NCBI GenBank assembly: GCA_000934665.2
Contig: KZ538016.1
Coordinates: 1 to 64,000, forward strand
DNA from: Catajapyx aquilonaris
Taxonomy: Eukaryota
Length of the DNA stretch: 64,000 nt
Direction: 5' to 3'
Shown piece after piece: positions 39,601 through 53,500 of the stretch. A model generated the notes under the pieces. The model saw only the letters and a list, made by a program, of their open reading frames with translations. It did not search any database and was not told the DNA's origin. Made by a program: the position numbers and the translations under genes. Numbering within the stretch: the stretch's first letter is position 1; each line of letters begins with the position of its first letter.

Positions 39601-42600
39601 CTTCCACAGACTTGGGGAGGTCTGGGGCTTGCCGTAGAAAGTGCAATATATCAGGCCGTCCAGACGAACCACGGCCTGAAATTTGCATGGCCGGAGCCAG
39701 GCCGCATAATTAATTCCCCCCGCCATTGTCCCCAAAAACAAACCAGGAGAACAAACCCCCCCTGGTTCCTCTCTTTTCCTCCCCAACCCAGACTTTTATT
39801 GGTAGAAATGAAGAATGACCCTTCTGCCATGCGACCCAACCGCAGCTTCCGAAAATGAACCCGATAACTTATCGACAATGCGCGCATGGGACAACAAGCC
39901 ATTATGTATCCAACTGATATAGCGAAAAAAAATATAGGGAGCGAAAATATTGCTGATTTCTGCAGTACCCGTCAAGCAAGCCGCATTCCGAAGGAAAATT
40001 TCGGGGCCTTATCTTTTGTCTGGCTCTGTTGGAGCGGAGAAAGCAAGGTGGGCGGGGGTTGGTTTTTTTTTTCTTCTTGCTTTTATACCTTTTACCCCTC
40101 TCCCCGAAAGGAGAGTTGTATGCAAGAAGGGGGCAAGGACGAGAGAGTTGGTCCGAACCCATGCCTGGAAAAACAGGTGTGTCCGGAGGGACGCAAAAGA
40201 TCGCCATGTCATCTTTACGAGGTTTCGGGTATACCCGCTTTTTTCTTCTTCCCATGGCACCTCTATGCCGGCGAACGTCTTGAGTCGCGCTCATTAAGGT
40301 GGGCTTTTGTTGCCCTCGGGCCCAGATGGCCACTCGGCCTTCCAAGGTGACTTGCTAAGGAATACGCTTGGAAATAACAACAGTTCTTACACCTCAACAC
40401 ATATGACTCGATATTACAAAAAAATTTGCACAAAAATATTAGTGCAATAGTAACAACGGCAATAAAATTACTGGAATGTTTTGTAGGCGCCAGACAAATG
40501 CTCTGCGCAACAGATATGATATGGGCACACACTCCCACGGAATATTTCTAAATGTACGTATCTGTAAACAGGGGGGGGATCGTGAAAAGAAGACCTTGAC
40601 CCAAATCTGAATGCATCGATTGCTCTCGGTAACATTACTTCCCCCCCCCCCCCCNNNNNNNNNNNNNNNNNNNNNNNNNNNNNNNNNNNNNNNNNNNNAT
40701 AGAGGCCCCGCGGTTAATATGTCACTACTATTTCAAAAATTATCGAGGAAACACACTTATAGGCACTTCCTGTGTAACTTTTGAGCAAGCTCAAGGTGGA
40801 GGCCAGAAAATATCCACCGCCGTTAGAAGTTATTTGTTGCAATTTTCCACAGTGGAACCGCTGTAATTTCGAGCCAGAAAACGGGCACACCGGTACCATA
40901 ATGAATCATAACTGACCTTACCGCCCCATAAGTGTGTTGTGTATTTATCACACAAACTATCAAAACCGCATCAAAACGGTAATTACGCACTAATTTGCTT
41001 ATTTATCGAGGTTTGCGTGCTGACTTTCAGCTGCAAAGGTGGAGCATTTACCATGTGCATCGCGGAGATACATGTAAATAAATCAGGTGTACAGTACAGC
41101 AGCACTACGCAGCAGCAGTGGCCTCGGAAAAATAACACTAAAAATAGCATTACCACTATAACAATAGCTAATAATAATTTTCTAGATGATAATTCTACGC
41201 GTACCTTCTTCCCAATGATGATGTCACCTGAGGAGCGTCATTTAGAAAAAAAGACATCATCAGTCTGGCTGTCAACTCAACTGGACATACAAATAATGGA
41301 GGGGGGGAAAACAAGTGCACCTGGGGAGGGCCTTGCCCAGTGACAGACGATGCAGTTTTTTTTTTTCAAATTATTACTGGCACGTCATATTCTCATTGAG
41401 GCCTCCAAATATATCTTCGAGTCTGCGATGTGGTATATTGTGCTGAACCCCAACCCTTCCCTTATATACCTGTCCTGGCATTTCTTCAATTTTTCCATAC
41501 TCTCACATTCTTTTCCACACCTACACAACACGAGTGTGGGATGAAAAGTGCAACGCAGACACTTGTAACCAGTGATATATGCGAGCATGATAAAGAATGA
41601 ATGGTCTAAAAAAACAGACTTCCACGAGGAAACCATATGGGCTATCTTCTTCCCACTCTCAACCATAAAAGAGCAAACCCTATAGCCTATATGCAACGCA
41701 GTGTTTCGAATAACCTCGCCTTTTCAATGTCCCCCAAATTGATGGCTCTTCTCTCAAGCTCGAGTGTATATCAATTTCGGGGACGTGAACCTCGCATTCC
41801 TGACGCGATAAAACCAGTTCCAGTCTGCAACCTGACAATGGTCCTGCTCCGACATGACAATCCCCCCAGAAAATAAATGTTTGACTTTCGATACATCTGT
41901 GGCTATCCAAGCAGCCAGAGAGTCCATGACCTCCCCAGCATTCTTCGCCTGGTTAAAAACCAGTTCCAGACCCAGCCCTGATGGAGTGGTCATAAAGTGA
42001 GTCCGAGTTGTTTAGCCGAGGAAAGTGATGTGGAGGGGGGGAGGGCAGCCAGCAGCAAGGCAAGGCAGGCAGGCATGCAAGATGGGCGTCTGCAGAAAAA
42101 GAAGAAGATGAGGAGGGCAGCGTCCGGAGGAAGGCCGAAGCACAGGCGCCGGTCCGGCCCCGCCAGAACAGGTCATCTCACCTGGCCCCACCGGTTCTCT
42201 CTCTTTCTATACCCCAGGCAGCCCACGGGCAACCACACCTTTTGTATATGCGACTGCAGCCAGCCGCACACCCGACACCACCACGCATTTCCTGTCATTC
42301 ACACAAAACCCACGTGCACAGAAATGCAATAAAATGTCCCTAGTTGCAGCTCGGAATTTTGCTGGTGGGTGGACTCAGTTTCTCTCTCTATATTTGTTGT
42401 TTTTTTAAAAACGTACATGAGATGCATCACATGCAACCTAAACGAGGCCTCTCTCATCCGGTTAGACGCCGTGCAGCTGCATGCGCTGCACTCTCTATAG
42501 CCGTGTCTACTATATACCGCAGGGGTCATTCACACACTGACCGTGACTTGTGCCGCAGTAAACAAGGCGCCATCCCTCCCCAGAGGGGGCGAGCTTCCAA

Positions 42601-44521
42601 GAAACACCCCCCCCCCCCCTCAGCATCACCTCATCCTCCTACGTCACACACTAAATAACTCTATATCAACTTCCTCATCCTGGTACACTATACCCTCAAA
42701 ACTTGCACTTGNCCCCAAAAAAAAAATGCCACCGCAGACTCCGAGGCTAATTAGCATTAAATTACGATGATTGGGGAGGAGTATAACTGCCCGGTGATTA
42801 CCCGTGCAAGAAGGTGAGGATTGTACTTTCCAGCTGGAAATGATCTCATGTAAATTACCTGCCAGACCAGTTCTCCTCGCTCGCCCGGACATAAAATTAA
42901 TATGAATTATGGCCGGAGCCAGTCAATTAAAATTACTTTAGGCAGAAGCCACGAATGATTTAGATTCGCCATGAAGTCTCGGAACTTTTTTAATAAACCT
43001 ATTTTCTATCCTGTATCACCGTGGTTACGGGGCGGGAAGCTGGATAGGAAAACAAAACAAAACAAAACAAAAAAAATAGGGTCAAATTTCTCCAAAACCC
43101 CTGCTGGGGGGATCTACAGTGTATATAACGTGATTAGAAACCAGATGAAAAATAATAAAAAACGGCATCTAGAAGCAAAGGAAAAATAGTATAATATAGG
43201 AAATCGCACAAGTTTGTATTGAGGTTTCCAGTACATCGATGACCCTCCGCAGATAACAACCTTAATTAGCGAAATTCTGCGATTGCCACGATAAGAGTGA
43301 GCCATTTTCTCGGCACTCTATAGAGGCGTCAATGTCACACTCCAGCTTGATGGGCCTCACTAACTCTCAATTAAACATGCAGACAACCAGCTACCAGTCT
43401 ACTGAACATAATATCCTGACACATTCTGAAAAGACTTGCCGTCAAAATCAGATTTTGTCCACCGGTTACCCCCGAGATCAGGAAGAAGCTGCATCATTAT
43501 GAGGGTATACCGGGGTATATGGCTGCTGCACATAAAGTGCAGTACCTCGTGGCCGGTATGGATTTCACACAACCAAGGTCCAATCGTTACCGCAGGCTTC
43601 GGTTCCATCGGATAGATGAAGGCTCCATCGGTTATTGACTGGATGGTGTTTATACATGGGTTCGCCACCGCGCATACTGTACACACAAAGTGTCGTCGTC
43701 AATCACGGACCGAAATTGATGGGGGCCGTTTATTAGATTAAGGAAATAAATTCTGTCGTTTTCAGCGGCAGCTGCAGGCATTCGCTTCCATGTAGCCCAT
43801 TACATGCAGGGGTGATTCTGTGAATGCCTTCGCACTGCTCAAATACCAGCATGGTCGGCTATCATGGGCGTTGTCAATTTTTCAAAAAAAAAAATAAGCC
43901 CATTTTTCGACGCGACCGTTACTCTCGATAAATCTTTTCAGACAAGATATCATGTAAGGACCCCCTCTCTGTGCATGGCCATAAAAATCGGGGTCATCCC
44001 CTCTCAAAAAGTTTCTTGCTAGCAAAACCGGGGCATGCATACACTATATCTCACTTGATGGCATTCAACCCCTCCCCCCCCCTANCTCACTATATAGCCC
44101 AAGTGCGTTGATGGCGTCCGTCATCGAGTAGCCAAATGGTCGCCGTAAACGTCGTATGGGAATCAAGGGAGGGGATGACATGTGTGCAGCAGTTCGAGCT
44201 GACTCCGCCTCGTGGTGTCAATGACCAGTGTCCCATTACTGCGCGGGAAAATGGGCGGCAGAAAATCTAGTCCCAACTACTTTGGACTATTACTCCCCTC
44301 CCCACCCATCTAGCAAAAGTAGTTGAATAATGCAAGGAACAGCCCCTGTTGCAGCACATTAAGCCGGCTCAATATTGCAACTCGTATAAAGATCCGGCAG
44401 CCACTTGAAACGGAGCCGGGGAAATGTCTCCTACATAGGCCTATCATTTATCCTTCTTCCCCCGGAGTGGGCCGACGTGCAGACAAAATCCTATTGGACC
44501 TCGCTGGATGAAAACTATATA

Positions 44522-44585
<64 letters not shown>

Positions 44586-47500
44586 CCGGCAAAGCTATAG
44601 CCAGGGTAGTCCCTTGTCGCAATGGTGCAGTCTGAGTCGTAAAGGCGGCGCCGGAGGTTCTACTTGCCATCCATCTGCAAGCCCGACGCCGCCGGCGCCT
44701 ATCAGCCACACGAAGAAGCCTATACACACACCCAGGGAGAGAAAAAAAAGACTATTTGTTGCACATGGGAGAGGAGGATATTAATTCCAGTGGGCAGGTG
44801 TGTTGCACCGATAGTGTGCATTGTGTACTGCGCACCAGAGTCCTTGAACCCTGCATTAAAGCTGCACCAGGCGATTGTTCCTAGACAATATCGAACTGTA
44901 TTGACTTTCTGTCTGCATGCATAACGCACAAGGCACAGCCAGGATTCTATTCCCAGTTTATACACACTCTGAGACCGAGTGTCCTTGTTAAGAAATAACG
45001 AGTATAGAGTACAGGTCATACCGTCACAATGAAAACTGAACCCGGATTTCGTTACATATATTGGCTGTGTACTACATGTGAGTGTTTGAAGCCAAACTAT
45101 ACAACGGAGAGGGGTCTAGACACCTGTCCAACCGCAAACAGGTTTCACTGTGCCCTTTTTCTCCCCACCTAATGGAATTAAGGCACACCTCCTCTTTAAA
45201 GCCAAGGTTAAAACAGACGGAAACACGCTTCGCCGGCAATGGATTCCACGCAAAACGTGTAACCTGCCCGTGTTCACATTATCCACACGAAGCGACACAT
45301 GTTCCATGAAAAAAGAATAACGAAATGAGCACTTTTTCGACTCTACAGAGATATTTCACGGGGAGACTTTTTGGGGGGGTTTCAGACACGATCACGCTAA
45401 GTCAGTTCTGTGGAAAAAGACTGAGAAAAAAACGCAATGAAGCGATCCGGGAAAGAGACCGGTAGGGCAGAACAGTAAAAAATGAACAAAAAAATTATTG
45501 TTAAAAATCCCTTGCCGATATATACGTTTCTGTTCGAACGACTGCTTTGTACAAAAAAAAAAATCGCCACACACCCTGAGGGAGTTGACCTCTGTTGTAC
45601 CCCCATTTCCGCTTGTGTCATTGGTGATGATCGCGTGACACCACACTTTATCCATGCATATACGAGCCGCAACAATGCTGCATTTCCATACACCCATTTT
45701 TTCCCTGTTCCTCTGGTGTCTAACCCAACACGTGTTCCAGCTTTCCACATTCTGGCCCACCCTCATCCACATTATCCCTTTTAAAATTGTTTGAAATGCA
45801 CAGCAAGATGATGGCGATTGCCCAGGATAGTGCACAGTTCAAGATCAGGCAACCATTTGGAGTAACAACCATTAACTTGTGCTTGTCGCTTATCTGGTTG
45901 CCGCAGAAACAATTTTCATATTCCCTTCTCTTTTGGACTGTGGATTATGCACTCTTGACATGCTATACCAATGCGCCTTCCAAGGCCTGTTCGATATATA
46001 CCCAAAATTTAATATCGAAAATCGATATGGTAAACAAGTCTGACGAAGTATCAAAAAATCGCAAATAGCCAAATCAGGAAGTGATCTTCCAAATATCGAT
46101 CTGTTGCCTATTTACCAGCCTATACCGTCAGTTTTCAAGAACATCCGATAGCAAAGGCGATACATAAAAAAAAGTTGCCAACCATATATAGTGGGTGTAT
46201 TACAAGCCCTTCTTACTTGCAATAAGCTTAGACCTTATTAAGTTGATTACCTAATAAGGAGCTCATGAGTTCTGATTTTAGACGCCATCAAGACATTAGC
46301 TTCTAATATTAGGTCGCATAACGACATCATTGCAGACCATGAATCGAAATGAATTTCCGAGTTTAAGACATTAGGCATGTTCCCCATTTTCAGGTCAAAC
46401 TGCTAAACTCCCGCCGGGTCTTCAGCACCCATTCAAAATAATACAAGAAGCTAATGTCGCCAACCACTAGACACAAATCGATATTATAATCCGACATTTT
46501 TGCTTAAATTGGATTATGTCCTCTGCCAGCACCATCAAGTGTTGGGTTGCATTCTGACAAAACGGCGAACACATGGGACAAAGTGGCGTCAGAGTTTGAA
46601 CTGGAAATTAAAAGGGCATCCTATATATACGTATTTGTATACAGGTTTGCAGGTATGTTTTGGCTCTCCTGTATAAAATTATGAAAATTCGTCATTTTCT
46701 CAGATCAATTTTTGCATAGAATAGGCCTATCCTTTTCCCTGATCCCAAACACGTGTTGAACCAGTTGGGTAGTTTCGCTCCATTCGACCAGTCCATCCTG
46801 CTGAGTGAACCAGGTCAACCAATTGACGGGTCAGTGCTGGGGGAGAGGGCAGTAAAATGCATGTCGAGAGAAGAACTGGAACATGTGGTTGGGGCGGCTC
46901 TCAAGTGATGGGGAGTGGGGGGGTTGAACATGGAACTCCTCTCTTTTTCTCACCCCCTCTCTCTCTCTCTCTCTCGCCCCCATCTCTTCCTACGGCACAA
47001 GAGGCGACGTGCAGTGCTGGATGGGCGGAGTGGAGAAGGTCGCCGGCCTAGCCCCTAGTGCTGCCAGATCAATACGGCCCGGATCAGGCTGCCTCGGGCC
47101 AACCCCCGCCCCCCACCAGTCCGCCCCCGGCTGGCGCGCGGCCAGCTCAAAAGACACCCCCCCACCGCCCCCTCAAACCGATTTCACCCAACTCCCCCAA
47201 AATATACCTTATTCTGACCCTACAAGGTGCAGACATGACAACCCCAGGTAGGAAATTAGTAAAGCTCCGACATATATTTTTCACCATGTTTTTGCAAGAT
47301 GCACTGTCGGTATTCTTATTGACCCGCCAGGAGCCGCAGTGTACTCGTGCTTTTACAAATACCCTGCGTTATTCATGTAGCAACGTCCTCCCACTCCGGC
47401 CAACCCTTTATATATTCCCGCGCAATTACTCTCACAGTGCATATAACATTATACGGGACACCCCACACATACCCAGCTTGATAAGCAAGGATCGATTCGC

Positions 47501-50500
47501 CATGCAACCACACACGTACACTCCATATTAAAGAGCAGTGCCGCATATCTCGGTATGTACTGGACAAAAAAAGGTCGCTCCATAGCGCATAATTGACGTG
47601 ACCTGCAGGTCACGGAAGCAGTTTTCATACCACTGGAAGATGCTGCGGGTCCGGTTTCCCGGAACGCCCACATAAATTTTTGTACGGAAAAAAAAGGCAC
47701 ATGATCAGGAGCGAATCCGGGCAAGCTTGTGAAGAAGCCCCTCCGATCTTTTGCTAACGTGAGCACTCCGGTGGGAGCCCTTCTTCTGGCCGCTTACACG
47801 CGCCCGGATTAGGCTCCGGGTAACAGCCTTCCCCACATCTCGTGGATCTATCTTCGGTCCTCATCAACAGGGGCCAGGCCGGACAAAAGCACCCCCCCGA
47901 TCTTATCCTACCCGACCAGCAACCCATGCGCCTCTTTCGCTCCTCACGTTTCTGGATCTGCAGGGGCAAAAATCCCACCCGAATAAAAACCCTATCGACC
48001 CTGCCTCCGGACTATGCAAGCTGCTGCATTTCACAAGCTTCCAATTGAAAATGGAGAGAGAAAAAAATTGTTTACTCCAGAAGCAACCTATCACGTGATA
48101 AATATATACGTTTCAAAAAGTACCGGATTTTTCCAGCCGGAATCCGGATATAACAAGACAGAAAGCTCCGGGCTACACCTTTTGTTGCGAGGCGGGGATC
48201 ATTTTCCTTACTAATGACAGTATATGTCAGCGGGCCTTGCAACTAATCCGTCCTTTTTGTATTTGCAGCCCGCTTGGCTTCCTGGAACATGTCTCCAGTT
48301 CCCCTTTTATCCCCCCTCGACGTCCAACCTGCGGGATAAGCCAGATCAAGGGGGCTAAAATTGCTCCGGACCGGTCGACCAGAATAATAACTGTACAGTA
48401 CATCAAAAGTTGCCTTGGATACGTTCCCGATTGGGCTTCCGGAGAGAGCGACTGCCAAAGTATTCGCGACAAGGAAGAGAACAAGTTGCGAATGTTTCTT
48501 TGCATCAATCGGCAAGTATAAATATTACGGTAATGAAAATTGATTTACAAAAATTGCTACCAATCGGAGCAGCATGGTCGAAATCGATCCTGAGCTATTT
48601 TTGGCCGAGCTGCCACTGGGTTAGATCCGAATGATATGAGTGACAGGGTTGCCACCAGGTGGGCATTGCGGGGATTCCCAGACAGCCTGCCCGTATATTT
48701 TTTTAAAAAAGTTTGCAATTTTCCGGAGCTTCTGACGAGCTTGATGACATACACATTGCAGCGGTGGGAACAATTTCAATTATTTTTATGCCTCTCCAGC
48801 CGCGACTGGCGGATTGATGTGCGTGAGCGGATGGCTCTTAAGTGGGCCTCAAGAATGCTACGACTCATTTTGCACATATAGACAGTGGGGGTGGCATCAT
48901 AATATATGTGGGATTGGCCTCGATTAATAGGCTACAGCCATCTTGACGAAAGGGGACAGTCCGAGGGGCGCGTGACTAAAATCAACCCAACAGACGTCGC
49001 TTTGGCTGCAATCATGACGCATTATTTATACACGCACCCGGTCGCCCGATTTGCTTTTCAGCCAGACGCTCATACGTAATGCGCGTCCTTGGGTGCATGG
49101 CATGCGCAGACTTAATTCCCGATCGTACTTTGCACAACCTCTCCTTTCAAAACAACACACAGCCAGTACTAACTACAGGGTGAGCCACAACTTGCTCCGT
49201 GCACCACCCTGTAGAAACAACTCAAACACTCAATTTGGGCCCGAGACTTGGCTAATGTATGATCCGTCACAAAGCTCTAAGGATCAGATCGCGAAAAGCT
49301 GCAGACCCCGCTCGCACAATTTGCATATCCTTTAATGACTTGGACCGCCGTGCAATTCTTCAATGTCCCAGCTCTGAATAGACGGAATGCTGCCTGCCAA
49401 TCCCAGAAAACCAGCTTTGCCCCCTTTCACAAAGTGCATGAAAACACTTCCCCCTTACTCGATGGCCCTTTCTGACTTTGTCACGGGATTTAGACCAGGG
49501 GCCAACCCTTGCCGTGACTCACGACGATTTTAATATATTGTCGTCGACTTCATCATCTTAATTTTTTTTTTTTTCCTCCATGTAACCCCCAGGGGGTTGG
49601 TATAATCTGGGCCAGACGGATCAGGAACTCCAAGGCTTCATTAGTGGCTGTGTATCTCTGGGAGGCGGTCCAAAACGGATGTGGCAGCCGAGTGTGCTTA
49701 ATTTTTGGGGATGCGGGCCGGGAATCCAAAAAGTCGTTCCAGTGCCGCCACATCAAAGAAATTCCCGCGGCGGTGTAATCTTAACTCCCGGAGGCTCTTC
49801 GTGGGGGGACTCCAAACCTCCACGCAAACTCAACCCTAATCACTGCCCAGTACATCGAGGAAAAACCCACACAAATTTAGGTGACACTCCGAAACTGAAG
49901 ATCGAACCTAATTGCACTTGAAAAGGAGAAATATATTTATGGGCTTCATTTTCTTCCGACTCATCAGAGGCTTAAAGCACTAGGTCGGCTTTAACGAACC
50001 AGATCATTACATATACATAACCTGCGGATGGAGCCCCTTTTGTGAATTGCCACCTACAAAAAAAGGTGGAAAGAACAAAAAAGGGAGCCTAAATGAAAAC
50101 AAATGGTTATGGTGCTCAATTGCATCCTTGAGCACCGAATTACGGTACAGAGTAACATTTATAGCCATTTTTGAACGTAGAAAAAAAACAGGACAAAAAG
50201 TATATGCTGCAGAAGGCTTAATTAAAAATGACTGGAAGTTGGCACATTTCACTCGAGAGCCTCTAGGGCACGCCTTGACGGACTACACTCGATTTGTCTC
50301 CATAAATTAGTGACACTTTGCATGGATAAATTGCCACACGTGTTTCGAATGAAGACGTAAAAAAAAGGAGGTTCTGCCCACAACTATTGCCCACGCAATG
50401 TGATAGCCAGGTCCGGTTAGTCATTCTCGCATGGTTCAAGCCCATTCACATTATAACTTTTGGCCAAAATGTATATGTCAGAAGCGAATATATGTGACCT

Positions 50501-53500
50501 GTTGCTTCACTAATGTGGTAACAATGCGCATGGCTGCCTTAAAGTGAACAGTTTAACCTGGCTGGAAACTACCACTGATGATAGGCTAAATTCGTGCTCA
50601 AACGGACTGGAAAAATAAAGCAGTCGGGTGTTTACCTTGCTGGAACTCAATGGGGAGATAAATCTGGATGCCTAAAGACCCCCTCGGTGGCCATTAGCCA
50701 ATCCCAAAGCACGCATCCGCAGACTCCTCGGAGCGTGTGGAGCCCATCTTCCGTGTCTGGACATGAGGTTTTTTTTTTGTGTGTGTGTGTGATGTCCCAG
50801 GTTGCGAATCACCTTTTTTTTCCTTGGCTCGTTTTTTTTCGTGAGGGTTCATCCATTTGGAAACCCAGCCAGGTGGGTGCGTCTCCAGCACAGACAGCAG
50901 CGACTATATTGGCCGCAGTGAGTCACACTCTCTTTTTTTCTTGAGGAGCAGGACACTTTCACCCCCACAGAATTAGACACAAGTCCGCGACTCTCTCAAG
51001 GTTAGGTCCATCCGGGTGTCCACACAATTATGTCATATTCCAACCTGACATAACAATGGCGGCTTTTGTCAGTTCGTGCCTCCCACAACTACGCCACCGC
51101 GTAATTCACCGCTGCAGAACAGCGGCATTAAAATGGCACTAAAACCCTCCCATTTATGCGCTATCCTTATAATTATATGCCCCGGTGCTATAACATTTAT
51201 TGTCCTTCCCCCACACCGGTCATTCTGGAATTATACGGCTTGGTAGCGGCTAGTAGATTTATTATTTCTAAACATAATTTTCCTAGGGGTGTGTGCGCAG
51301 ACTGCTGGTTGTGTCCTCTGCGAAACCTTGACGGGGGGTTTTAACCTCTCGCGACGGCAAAAATAGGCGGCAGTGCGCCGTCGCCAGCCAGGGGCAGACA
51401 CTATTGCGCGACTAGACTATTCTATGGCCTGACCTACCCCAACAGGATATATCAACTGCGCAGTATGCGAAATAGGGGCAAGGTGAAATCACCCCCCGCC
51501 AATTGCCGGCCATCAATCACGCATCTCGAACCCCCCCACACCACAATGGCACATTTAGTCAATCGCCAGCAGGTTTCGACTGTAAACTTATATCGACGAC
51601 GTTACGCAATATGCGGGTCATGCACAATGCCACAATTGAACAAACGGCCCCTTTTTTTTCTCTATATTGTCGCAATCGATTTCTGAAACAGGTCGCAGAT
51701 GGTGCAGCCTCGCACGTAAACAATATAATATTCATGGTGCGACACATTATGGAAAGTGCAATTGGCATTCATCCAGCATTTTGGGTATGCTGGAAATAGC
51801 CTTGAGAGAGGTGGCAAGCCCCCCACCAGACCAAGGGAGGAATCCCCGACCTCTACTCAAGGTTACCAGATATTGACAAATGGGCCTCCCACCCCCATCG
51901 TTCCGTCGGCGTCGCCGGGCGCCGGCGTCTCTCTCTCTCTCTCTTTCTCTCTCCCCCAACGGCTTCACTTCTGTATGCACAAATGCACTTGCAACCAAGC
52001 CCATAAAACCGCGCTTTTCAACGCTGTGCTCAAGGTGTATAATCCCCCACGATGCATATGTTTAAGAGAAATCGATACTCCAAATGAGATGTAACTGGCT
52101 TACTACGAAGCAGGCGGATCTTTGCCTCTATACTATAGTCCTCTCGATTTTAGCCAGGGTTTTGCCACAGTCAGCCGTCGCAGCTGTGTTGGTTCAATCC
52201 TGCTGAAAAATGCACTTCGCAGAATCCCGACTTCGCCACCGGAATTTACACCCGCGTTTTGCCTTAATTTCCACCAGTCGCTATGATGCAGTTGTAAATG
52301 GTAGCCGGCTCAGGGAATCCCTACTGATTTTTCAAAAAAACATTTGAATTCAGCTACAAAAATTTTCGAGCTAGACTCCAACATGAGATCGCCATATTTA
52401 AATTAATCCTGCCCAGCAATTCAGTCACCTGCCTGCCCCATATACTGGACATGTAACGTGTTTGAGGATTAGTACCCCTTCCCAACGTAAATCCGAGGGT
52501 CAAGAATGGACTGGATCTGTCAACATGATCAACATGCGCGGATTAAATAGATCTGGGAGGAGCCATTTTTTGTGTGTCATATTGGAACTTGTCCAGGGGC
52601 AGTTCCCTCCCCTCTACTCCGCCTTTCCCAGCGGCACAACCAAGAAGAAACAACATCAGCCAACGGATCCGAGAAAAGAGTAGGTTCAAGGTGAGGGTGA
52701 GAAAAGAGCAGAGAGCATCGCGCACAGGTCATTTTCTGGCCGACATGACATGCAGAGCCAGCTCCCCCAGAGCGAAGGACTCTCGAGCCCCACAAGGCCA
52801 GACTTATCAACGCATCTACTACTATATGTGTACCAGTCCATCACTCTTTTGCTGCCGCAGAGGAAACATGGGAATGAATGAGGGGGGCTGTTACGCGATG
52901 TGTGACTTCATCTCACCTTGTCACTCTTCGGCCTACCCTACATACTAATGTGCTCGCATCATGCTAACGAACGTCCTTTAGTTCGGAGGGAGAAAAAAAT
53001 CATTACATGGAGAGTGACAGCGTCAAATTACATTTTAAACGCACTTAGTGTAATGTGCGTGAAGATAGAATTGCGGTTAATAAAGGACCAACGGTGAACG
53101 CATAAATTATATGGAGTAGTCTCCACGTGTCCAATTACGAGTAATTGTTACGTCGATTTGCTTCAATATTTTATGCAGATTCACGAAAAATTGGTTCAAA
53201 AAGTAAGCCGGTTGAGAAATTACATTTTACTCAAACGGAATCAGTTGGCTCCTGAAAATAACTATACATCCTCGTAGAGGCCAGCCAGAGTTGGCTACAC
53301 ATTAATAACTCGATGCGTATCATTCCTTCAATGTGCGTAACTCGTGCGCATTAGAGAAAACACTCGGTATCTCTCTAGAACGGGAGGAATGACCAGCGGT
53401 TGATCCTTGATATTTCCAGGTCAGCTCTACAATGATAATACACAAGGCCTTTGAGTACTTTATTGGCCAATCTGCCTTGGCACTCGTACACACATCTGAC

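Noticed and set aside
47057..47246. Element with TAGTGCTGCCA...TGACAACCCCA ends, or an antisense exon
   Set aside because: The ends are too degenerate and there is no TSD; the sequence alone cannot support it.
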